Shown one piece after another: positions 31,213-40,300 of a stretch of DNA of 64,000 bases; the first letter of the stretch is position 1; every line of letters starts with the position of its first letter. Both the position numbers and the translations under genes were made by a program. The notes under the pieces were generated by a model, which had not been told where the DNA came from, ran no database searches, and was given only the letters and a program-made list of their open reading frames with translations. The stretch is taken from assembly GCA_047947115.1 (NCBI GenBank), contig CP170459.1, forward strand, positions 1,856,001 to 1,920,000, written 5' to 3'. The DNA comes from Verrucomicrobiota bacterium (GTDB lineage Bacteria; Verrucomicrobiota; Verrucomicrobiia; Limisphaerales; AAA164-E04).

Positions 31213-31691
31213 GATTGAATACCCTCCAACAGTTCATCAGGTGTACACAAAATTGGCAAGTCACATTGGAATCTGCCAACAACTTCCTCAAGTTCCTTCA
31301 TGATAGCTGCATTGGCAATGTGTTTGCAGTTCCATGTTAACAAAATGTCCACCTGATGCACGGCAGATACGGCGATATGGATGGCATCTTGAGTCGCTTT
31401 TTCTGGCAGCAATCCTGAATTCATGATGCCCTTGGTAATATCTCGCGCTTTGTCTGTGAGGCTTAAGAGTGGAATGCCATTTACAAATTCTAATCTCCTT
31501 CTGGCTGCTTCTGGATCGCCTTCACTTATTTCCTCGAGGACAATTTCGGAAATACACATTTCATACTGATGCCGCGATTTTTCCCACCAAGTATGAGTGA
31601 GTTGTTGACGGGCCATTTGGATTAAATCGCGACAAGGCCTTGCCGCGAGATAACTGGGGATGGTTGTCTCAATGTAAACGCGTTTCTTCAT
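31209..31691 (-). CDS. PIN-domain (VapC-like) toxin
   Basis: VYIETTIPSYL, DAIHIA, LLTWNCKHIAN and CTPDEL motifs. Confidence 0.88.
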   Translation of the reverse strand: MKKRVYIETTIPSYLAARPCRDLIQMARQQLTHTWWEKSRHQYEMCISEIVLEEISEGDPEAARRRLEFVNGIPLLSLTDKARDITKGIMNSGLLPEKATQDAIHIAVSAVHQVDILLTWNCKHIANAAIMKELEEVVGRFQCDLPILCTPDELLEGIQS

Positions 31692-31964
31692 GATTGGCAG
31701 TGGCATCAGGAGTTGTCATGCAATTTGTGCCCATGACTCCCTTCATACTTATAGATGATTGGTTCCCAAATTAGAATAACAAAATGGTTGGGCCCACAGC
31801 ACAGGATTGAAGGCTGGGCTGATTCGTGATCAAAATACTTGGACATCGCAGTGTTGGTCGCATTCATCACCCAAGTTGAGAGAAGGAGAAGGTTCCGGTG
31901 TGAACCTGATTCTCAGGTTAACGGGGACATCGCCACGAGGAGGGCAAGGCGTTTGAATGTTTAG

Positions 31965-33545
31965 CCCGGATATTTCATTAAATTAAAAAAAATTAGCGAA
32001 GTTTTTGGGATAATCCCATATGGTTGTTGGTGTTGAAACAAAAACCAGTAAAAACTCCGCTAATGACAAAGTGTAACCAGATTTCTTTTGAGTTTCCAAG
32101 CCTTGAACGACGAAAAATTGAGGCTTCTTTCAGCGGTGGTCACATTTCCTCGGACGGTGGTGCTTTGTTTTTAAGGCAGGCTGATCGGTTACTTGGTCTT
32201 ACCAAATCAATTTCCAAGGTGATGACCGATCCTCGTCAATCTGGCCGGACGGCTCATTCCACTCTCGATTTGTTGCGTCAACGCATTTACGGCCTGGCCT
32301 TGGGATACGAAGATCTCAACGATCACGATTGCCTCCGAAAGGATCCACTCATTCAAAGTGCTGTGGAACGTTCTGATTCGCTTGCCAGCAGTCCTACTTT
32401 GTGTCGCTTTGAAGCTCGGGCAGATCGCCAAACAGCGATGGATTTTTCGAAAGTCTTGATTGAAACTTTTATCAACTCTTTCAAAAAAGCTCCGGAAGAA
32501 CTGATTCTGGATTTTGACGCAACTGATGATCGAGTTCATGGCGGCCAGGAGAGACGCAGTTTTCACGGGTATTACGATTGCTGGTGTTTCCTTCCTCTTT
32601 ATGTCTTTTGTGGCGAGCAACTCTTGGTCAGTTATCTACGCCCAAGCAATATTGATCCTGCACGTCATGCATGGGCCATTCTCAAATTGCTAGTTCAACG
32701 CCTGCGCCAAAAATGGCCCAAAGTACGCATCATCTTCCGGGGAGACTCCGGGTTTTGTCGTTGGAGAATGTTGCGTTGGTGCGAACGTCATGAAGTGAAG
32801 TATGTTGTTGGAATCGCCAAAAACCCACGATTGCTTGAACAAGGACAAAACCTTATTTCAGAATCCGCTGTTCTCTTTGAACAGACTGGTGAAAAACAAC
32901 GCCACTTTGCCTGTCTCCAATACAAGGCACATTCCTGGGATCAGGAAAGAATGGTGATCATTAAAGCGGAACATAATCGACAGGGCAGCAATCCCAGATT
33001 TGTGGTGAGTAACCTTTCGGGCAATGCCCAGCATATCTACGAGAAGATTTATTGTGCTCGGGGAGAAATGGAAAACCGCATCAAGGAACAACAGCTTGGA
33101 TTATTCGCCGACCGAACCAGTTGTCATAAATGGTGGAGCAATCAGTTTCGACTCCTGCTCAGCAGTGCTGCCTATGTGCTGATGGAAACCATCCGCCGAG
33201 TTGGATTGAAAGGAAGTGAAATGGCTCGAGCCCAGGTCAGCACCATCCGACTGAAACTGTTCAAAATTGGAACCATCGTCCTGAAAAACACAAGACGCAT
33301 TCGATTATTGATGAGTCAGGCATACCCCTATCAAAAACTCTTTGCACATGTTCACGCCAAACTGAACACAGGATAACATGCCCAGAGTGCTGCCCCGGCA
33401 CGTCGAAAAACAATGGGGGATTGGGGGAGTGTATCCTCAATTCGAAAAGAACCTTAAAAAGGTGCGTCTGACCTCTCCAAACTCAACCTTGAGCTACAAT
33501 GAAAACCAATTTGTGGGTATTTCTGGTTTTGATGAAATATCCGGG
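31965..33545 (+). mobile_element. IS1380-family insertion sequence
   Basis: Terminal IRs CCCGGATATTTCAT / ATGAAATATCCGGG; 4-bp TSD TTAG at 31961-31964 and 33546-33549. Confidence 0.96.
32063..33376 (+). CDS. IS1380-family DDE transposase
   Basis: SSDGG, GYEDLNDH, LDFDATDD, RGDSGF and Y..RGEMENRIKE; intact frame. Confidence 0.96.
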   Translation: MTKCNQISFEFPSLERRKIEASFSGGHISSDGGALFLRQADRLLGLTKSISKVMTDPRQSGRTAHSTLDLLRQRIYGLALGYEDLNDHDCLRKDPLIQSAVERSDSLASSPTLCRFEARADRQTAMDFSKVLIETFINSFKKAPEELILDFDATDDRVHGGQERRSFHGYYDCWCFLPLYVFCGEQLLVSYLRPSNIDPARHAWAILKLLVQRLRQKWPKVRIIFRGDSGFCRWRMLRWCERHEVKYVVGIAKNPRLLEQGQNLISESAVLFEQTGEKQRHFACLQYKAHSWDQERMVIIKAEHNRQGSNPRFVVSNLSGNAQHIYEKIYCARGEMENRIKEQQLGLFADRTSCHKWWSNQFRLLLSSAAYVLMETIRRVGLKGSEMARAQVSTIRLKLFKIGTIVLKNTRRIRLLMSQAYPYQKLFAHVHAKLNTG

Positions 33546-33671
33546 TTAGTCATAGTAGATGAGCTTTCCTCGCTGAAGCATCTGCCATCAGGTTGCCTGG
33601 CCTTTAAAATCATTCCAAGCCTCAGAAAGGGATAGGCAGTTGAAGTTGTTAGATGGAGAGGGTTCGTAGTC

Positions 33672-33800
33672 GAGAAGCCGGCATTTGCTTCATCTTTTTT
33701 TAATCTTGGCATTTTGAGTGCTTTGGTTGGCGCGTACAGTTCTCACGTGGAGTGCGTCGCCAAAAACGGTCGATTTTCACACTTGATGGCAGAATCACCA
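33672..33800. repeat. Two-block repeat in permuted order B-A
   Basis: Same two blocks as 20065-20187 but swapped. Confidence 0.8.
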
Positions 33801-33840
33801 ACATTTTGCTGTAGATGCGATCGTTGTCCCGACAACCAGT

Positions 33841-34629
33841 TCACTTACGCACGGAACTCAGACGATCGATTTCCGCGATAATTTTCTCCAAATGATCTGT
33901 CACAAAAAAATGGCCTCCAGTAAAAGTTTTTACTTGAAAGCTGCTTCCAGTGTGTATCTTCCAGGCTTGTAGCATTTCGGTGGTTGCCTCTTCATCGCTC
34001 TCTCCGCCAAATGCCGTTATCGGACATGACAAGGGGGCCTCGTCCATATATTTGTATGTTTCATTAAGTGAAAAATCCGCCCGCAGACATGGCAAGAAGA
34101 GCTCCATTAACTGCTGGTTTTCCAGGACATCCGAAGGCGTGCCATCGAATCGTTTAAGTTCCTGGATGAGTTGTTGATCGGGGAGTTGGTAGATTGGTGG
34201 GTGGCGAAGCGGCAAGTGAGGAGCACTTTTAGCGCATACGAATAAGTGCTCTGGAGCCTTCTTTCCATGTTGCTGGAAGTGTCTCGCCACTTCAAAGGCA
34301 ATGAGCGCGCCCAAGCTGTATCCGAAAAAGTAAAAAGGCAAATCCAGTTGCTTTTCGAGTTCCTTGCTCAGCATGGGAACGAGTGTATCAAGATGATTAA
34401 TGGGTGGACTCGTGATCCGAAATTCGTGGCCGGGCAGGCTTATGATTTGAAGCTCTAGGGGTGAATTTCTCTTATCAAATGCCTCTGGCCATTGGCGAAA
34501 ACTTGATGGACCACCTCCCGCGTAAGGAAAACAGAACAAACGGCCTCTAGCGTTAGCTTTGGGATTGGGAGTGTAAAGCCAACTTTCTTTTAGCGAGGTT
34601 GTGGAGGATGTAATTCGAGTGGGTGGCAT
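33841..34629 (-). CDS. Type II thioesterase
   Basis: LFCFPYAGG, GxSxG (GYSLG), LRADF and GGHFF. Confidence 0.93.
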   Translation of the reverse strand: MPPTRITSSTTSLKESWLYTPNPKANARGRLFCFPYAGGGPSSFRQWPEAFDKRNSPLELQIISLPGHEFRITSPPINHLDTLVPMLSKELEKQLDLPFYFFGYSLGALIAFEVARHFQQHGKKAPEHLFVCAKSAPHLPLRHPPIYQLPDQQLIQELKRFDGTPSDVLENQQLMELFLPCLRADFSLNETYKYMDEAPLSCPITAFGGESDEEATTEMLQAWKIHTGSSFQVKTFTGGHFFVTDHLEKIIAEIDRLSSVRK

Positions 34630-34638
34630 TCTGTTAAA

Positions 34639-34869
34639 TTATGACCCTATGTATTTGGCAATGGCGTCAACGGAACAGAAGTTTGCCAGCTTTAAGTCAA
34701 CGTCCGGAACATCTCGATTGAATTCGTTCTCAACAAAGAGGACGAGTTGCATCGCAAACAAAGAATTTACCAGCCCCTTTTTGAAAATGTCTTCATCATC
34801 TGCCAAACCCGCGACCGAGATGTGTTGGCTTAAGAATTGGCGGATACGATCTTTGTGCTCCTGTTTCAT
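34639..34869 (-). CDS. Stand-alone acyl carrier protein
   Basis: 76 aa; DIFKKGLVNSLFAMQLVLFVENEF and NF.SVDAI. Confidence 0.9.
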   Translation of the reverse strand: MKQEHKDRIRQFLSQHISVAGLADDEDIFKKGLVNSLFAMQLVLFVENEFNRDVPDVDLKLANFCSVDAIAKYIGS

Positions 34870-35139
34870 GACTCCTGATATTGATCCGTTGTTTAGTTCA
34901 CATACACTGCGGAGGAAGTAAAGCCGCTGGGCGCATCACTCCGTGGGGCGTGATCTTGCCGAAATTTGGGAGCTTATGCAAGGAAAGTTCGTTCCGATTG
35001 AGCGGGAGCCCAGGTGAAGGGACAGCGTAAAAGGAGGGGGGCTTTATTGGACTTGTGTCCGCCTCAAGGTATTTGGCAGCGGGTGAGCTATGAGGAACAT
35101 CAGTTTTTATACTCTACATGCTGACCGAGGTACGCATGT

Positions 35140-36291
35140 GTGGGGAGTTTTAACTTGCGTTCAAATACGGATCGAATAAGACTGTTACCTCGCAATTTGG
35201 CAAGCGTCATGAATCAAAACAATGACTATCGATTTGGCCACTCCGAACTCGTTTTTGGAGTGCTTATCCGACACGCTCAAATGATGGTCATTCCATTCGT
35301 TTGGGTGGTCTGCTTTTTCCTTACAACAGGAGCCTTTGCGGAGCCAACAGTGATTCTTAAAAGCAAAGATGGTCAGATTCTTAAAGGCGTCCTGATTGAT
35401 CGGGGGAAAGGTGTAATTAAGATTCATTCGGAGGTGTTTGGTCATGTTCAGGTCGAAGAAAGCAAAGTTAAAGTGCGCGATTGGCCGGAAGAGCAACCGG
35501 ATCCCCGTGGTGAAGAAAAAGGTTCTTTACCTGTTCCTCCTTTAACTGCCCCCGTATCCATCGACGAAGATACTCAGAAGGAGAAAACACGAAAATGGCT
35601 CGGTTTACCAAAGGACTTAAATGGCCAAATTGGAGTCGGATTAGGATTCATCGAGGGACATCAGACTAAATCGGAAAACTACTCCACATCGTTGCAGTTG
35701 GGATACGACCATGAACGTTATCATAACCAGATAAGGGGAGACTACCTATATAATAGGGTTAATGATCATCTTGTTAGCAACAACTATAATCTGATTGGTG
35801 AAACCTATCGCTACTTTGGTAGACCCAAGATAGGCCCCTACTATGCTCGATTGCTAGTAATGCATTCGCAGGATGAAGTTCAATTAGTCGACCGGCAAAG
35901 CGAAATCTTTTCGGGGCTGGGAAAGGACATTTACAAGTCCGCTAGTGCCACTTTTCGGGTGGATGCTGGCTATGTTTCGGAGTGGGAAGATTTTTCTCAT
36001 AATCCTGCCTTCGCCTTTTCCGATCCAGGGGTGGAACACCGTCACAAGATTTATCTGCATGAACAGGTTGATTTCCAATTGAACTCAAAATTTCAGATCC
36101 AACATGACGGTCTATTCATGATGGAGAGTAGTGATCAATTCGAAATACGCCTAAAGACTATGTTGAAATATAAGCTTTCAGATCATTTTTCCCTAAACCT
36201 TAATCACTCCTTCATTTTTGACGATACTAGCCCCGTTGGCGTGGATGAGGAATTATCTCAGACGAATCTCCAACTTTCTTACAATTTGTAA
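35140..36291 (+). CDS. Putative outer-membrane beta-barrel (DUF481-like)
   Basis: Signal-like segment, N-terminal DGQILKG domain, alternating beta-strand pattern, ends LSYNL; true start probably further downstream. Confidence 0.65.
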   Translation: MGSFNLRSNTDRIRLLPRNLASVMNQNNDYRFGHSELVFGVLIRHAQMMVIPFVWVVCFFLTTGAFAEPTVILKSKDGQILKGVLIDRGKGVIKIHSEVFGHVQVEESKVKVRDWPEEQPDPRGEEKGSLPVPPLTAPVSIDEDTQKEKTRKWLGLPKDLNGQIGVGLGFIEGHQTKSENYSTSLQLGYDHERYHNQIRGDYLYNRVNDHLVSNNYNLIGETYRYFGRPKIGPYYARLLVMHSQDEVQLVDRQSEIFSGLGKDIYKSASATFRVDAGYVSEWEDFSHNPAFAFSDPGVEHRHKIYLHEQVDFQLNSKFQIQHDGLFMMESSDQFEIRLKTMLKYKLSDHFSLNLNHSFIFDDTSPVGVDEELSQTNLQLSYNL

Positions 36292-36550
36292 TCGAGTTTT
36301 CCCCTTCAGCGTGACCCTGGATCATGTATGTGCCAATCGTATTTGTGTCGGAGTTTGGTTGCATCGTGCGAGATTCTCCCCGTGTGTGGCATCTGAGTTA
36401 GGGCGCATCAATACTTGGAAAAATGAGATTTACTCTAATAATTGCAAACCATGCGGGCCGCGTGGGGGTTATGCCCATTGGGGAATTTTAGGCTAATATT
36501 TAAGTGAATTCAGACGCTTGCCTCCTTAGTTTCAGTTAGTTATTTCGTCT

Positions 36551-36579
36551 TTGACATATCGTTTCAATAAATGTATGAA
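36551..36579 (+). promoter_or_regulatory. Putative sigma70 promoter for the DUF697-PKS/NRPS operon
   Basis: TTGACA-17 bp-TATGAA in an AT-rich intergenic region. Confidence 0.4.
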
Positions 36580-36590
36580 ATCTGTCCATC

Positions 36591-37313
36591 ATGCTAACGG
36601 TTGTGTTAGAGTCAATGTCTGGTGAGCGCGATCTGTCAAAGGAAAAGCAAGCTCAAAAGTTAATCAAAGACGGGGTTATTCTGTCGGTGGGCGGTGGTCT
36701 TCTGCCTGTTCCGATCCTCGATTTGATTGGTATAGCGGGGGGGCAGACCCTCATGCTGAGACAACTTTCCGAGTTATATAGAATTCCTTATTCACAACAC
36801 CGAGCAAAGAACATTATTGCGACTTTGATTGCGAGCTTGGGGACTGGCTACGTCGGAACAGGACTGGTTGCGAGTGTCGTCAAGACGGTGCCATTCGTGG
36901 GGAGCATGGCAGGGGTAGTCAGTTTGCCGATCATAGCCGGGGCATCGACGTATGCACTAGGAAAGGTATTTGTTCAACACTTTGAATCGGGTGGTACTTT
37001 CTTGGACTTCGAACCCGAGAAAACAAAGACTTATTTTGCGCGTCAATTCGCGGAGGGGAAGTTGGTTGTGGGAGAATACAAAGAACATTCTGCTTCGGTT
37101 ACGTGCGACAATAAGTCTGAAGAGGAATCCCTGAAAGGGACTTCCGTGTCTCAAGTGCACTCCTCTGGAGGCGATTCCAACTCTGCTGTCAGCTCCCATC
37201 AATCCGATGTGGATACACCTTCTCATCTCGTCGAGCCCCCTCATCCTTCCAAATCCAGTTCTTCGAGGAAACGATCCCCAAAAAAATCCAAAGGGAAATC
37301 GTCAAGTAATTGA
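36591..37313 (+). CDS. DUF697 (YcjF-like) domain protein with low-complexity Ser/Lys tail
   Basis: GLLPVP.LD.....Q..M...L..LY and TYALGKVFVQHFESGGTFLDF. Confidence 0.8.
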   Translation: MLTVVLESMSGERDLSKEKQAQKLIKDGVILSVGGGLLPVPILDLIGIAGGQTLMLRQLSELYRIPYSQHRAKNIIATLIASLGTGYVGTGLVASVVKTVPFVGSMAGVVSLPIIAGASTYALGKVFVQHFESGGTFLDFEPEKTKTYFARQFAEGKLVVGEYKEHSASVTCDNKSEEESLKGTSVSQVHSSGGDSNSAVSSHQSDVDTPSHLVEPPHPSKSSSSRKRSPKKSKGKSSSN

Positions 37314-37381
37314 AACAATGGAATGGTTCTTCGGGATGCCATGGAGGATTTCAACGTTCAGGTTAGGAAAGGGAGAGCAAC

Positions 37382-40300
37382 GTGAGCGATGTGAACATAC
37401 TCAAGAAGGCTTATATCACCCTCAAAGAAACCAAATCCGAACTAGCGCGGTTACGTGGCGAGCGGCATGAGCCGATAGCCATCATTGGCATGGCATGCCA
37501 GTTCCCTGGGGGTGTTGAAACTCTCGAGGATTACTGGTCCTTACTGGAGCGTGGAGGAGAAGGGATCTCTGACGTTCCGCCCGATCGATGGGCAAAGGGT
37601 GATTATTATGACACCAACGAAGACGCACCGGGGAAGATGTATACGAGGCGCGCCGGTTTTCTAGAGCGTGATGTTTATGGTTTCGATGCCGAGTTTTTCG
37701 GGCTAACCCCCAAGGAGGCGCGTGCGATGGATCCTCAACATCGACTATTTATCGAGGGATGTTGGCGCGCCATGGAGGATGCCGGGCTGGATGTATCCCA
37801 GTTAAAGGGAAGTCGGACCGGTGTTTTTGCCGGGATTTCCGGAATGGATTATGTTGCTGCCCACTTGCATTCTGGGGACTTGAATCTGGTGGATGCGTAT
37901 TCGGTGACTGGGATTGCGTTTAGCACTTTGACCGGAAGAGTATCCTATCTTTTTGGGTTCGAAGGTCCCTCAATGGCCGTAGATACGGCTTGCTCCTCCT
38001 CATTGGTGAGTTTGCATCTTGCTGTTCAAAGCTTGCGCCGCCGGGAATGCGACTTGGCCTTGGTTGGCGGCGTCAATTTAATCCTGAATCCCGAAATTCA
38101 CGTAGGGTTTTCAAAATTGAAGGGTCTCTCCCGGGATGGCCGTTGTAAGACATTTTCAAAGGATGCTGATGGTCATGGGAGAGGGGAAGGTGTTGGGGTT
38201 ATTGTTCTTAGAAGGCTATCGGATGCCCAGGATAAGCTCGATGCCGTGCGCGGAATCATTCGTGGTACGGCAGTGAATCAGGATGGACGCAGTGTCGGTT
38301 TTACAGCTCCGAACGGACGCTCCCAAGAACGCGTGATCCGCGAAGCATTACTTGATGGGCTAGTTTCGGCCGAGGAAGTCGCATACGTGGAAGCCCATGG
38401 AACGGGAACCCCTTTGGGGGATCCGATTGAAATGGATGCTTTGAATAGAACTTATTGCTCCAGTGTGAGCGGAAGGGGTGAGACGCCGTTGGTTGTGGGG
38501 TCTGTGAAGGCAAATATGGGGCACCTGGAGGCCGCCGCTGGCATTGCGGGCATCATCAAAAGTATTCTGATGCTGGAGCGACGCAGATTTGTCCCTCAAA
38601 TCAATATCTCGGCTCCGAATCCCCACATACCTTGGAGTGAAATGCCCATTCGCATCTCAGATCCGGCCATGAACTGGCAGACTCATGATGAAGGTGCCAC
38701 TTTGCTGTCCGCAGTGAGCGCCTTTGGGTTTAGCGGAACGAATGCACATATTATTCTTGAGAGTGCTCGTGCCGACTCGGGTGACAGCCTGGAGAGTGAA
38801 TCTGGGTTACTTGACAGGGATTGGGAAGTTGTGTGTTTAGCGGCGAAAAGCCGAAAGGCCCTTGCCTCGTTATCCCAGCGGCTGTCGGATCAAGTGGAAA
38901 GCGGCTCTTCTGAGGACGCCTCGTTGAAGGACTTGGCTTTTAGTTCTCGACATCGACGCACGATGCATCGGGTACGTTGCGCTGTGGCGGCGTCCACAAA
39001 AACTGAGCTTATTGAGGGATTAAGGCAGCGGGTTGGAGAGATCATGAAAATGGAATCTGTGGCTGGCGAGCTTGATTCAGAGAGTCGGCCCCAAATAGCG
39101 TTTCTCTTCACCGGCCAGGGCTCACAGTATTTCAGGATGGGGCGGGAATTGTATGAAGGTGTTCCGGTCTTTAGGGATGCGTTCGAACGTTGTGACCGAT
39201 GGCTTCGGGTTCATGCTAACCTGAGTGTGATTGAACTGGTGTATGAAGATGAGACGGAATCTTCCCTGCACCGGACCGCGAATACTCAACCCGTGATTTT
39301 CAGCATTGGTTATGCCTTGTCCGAGATGTGGCGTTATTGGGGGATTGAACCCGATGCGGTTTTGGGACATAGCATCGGAGAGTTCGTGGCAGCGTGCGTC
39401 GCTGGGGTCTTCTCTTTGGAAGACGCCTTATTAATGGTAGCGACGCGAGGAAGGCTCATTCAACAACTTCCAGAAGACGGTGCGATGGGAGTCGTTGTTG
39501 CGAATGCGAAAGCGGTGGCTGAAGTGATGGAGTCCGTTTCGGGATGCGTGACAATTGCTGCGGACAATGCTCCCGAGAATACAGTGATTTCAGGGGATGC
39601 TGCAGCGGTGGACCAGGTGCTCAAGCATTTTAAACGGAGGAATATTCCGGCCCGGAGATTAAGAATCTCTCATGCCATTCACTCACCCAAGATGGAGACC
39701 ATATTGGACGCTTTCGAAAAAGCGGTTGCTCAGGTGGCTTTTCATCCTCCCAGGTTGCCGATACATTCTAATGTCACGGGATGCCTGATAGGGGATGAAA
39801 TCGCCTCCGTCGCATATTGGCGAGAACAGATCGTTAAACCAGTTCGATTTCGTGAGGCGATTCAGCGGCTTCATGCATCGGGGTGTTCGGTTTTCCTTGA
39901 AATTGGTGGAGTGTCTACACTTTCCAGCCTTGGCGTACAGTGTTTACCCGGTTCGAAATGCACGTGGCTGCCCTCCTTGGGGGCCAATTCGTCGATGTTC
40001 AATATGCTTCCCAATCGAGAGGAGGGGCATTCCGATTGGAAATCTGTCATGACAACATTGGGCGCTCTTTTCACTCTTGGTTTGGATGTGCATTGGGCCA
40101 AAGTGGACGAAGGGCGATCGTTTTCCTTTGAGCGCCTCCCGGGGCACCCGTTTTTTCCAGTGCATTTTCGAGTGGATGCTCCGGTCCTCGCAATGCCTCA
40201 ACAGAGTGGTTTGGTGGATTCGGTTCGAGATGGACAGGTTGAACATCAAACCGAATCCAAGAGCGACGGAGGCGCGGCTCACTCCAATCCTCATAATGAC

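Noticed and set aside
31783..31811. Possible third tRNA 3'-end remnant (TGGTTGGGCCCAC...GGATTGAA)
   Set aside because: Spacing does not fit acceptor and T-arm geometry, and it does not match the other two fragments.
31903..31919. Palindrome AACCTGA-TTC-TCAGGTT as a TA operator
   Set aside because: About 200 bp from the toxin start with no supporting promoter; cannot be distinguished from chance.
33378..33712. Short ORFs overlapping the IS1380 right end
   Set aside because: They span the IS boundary and have no recognisable motifs.
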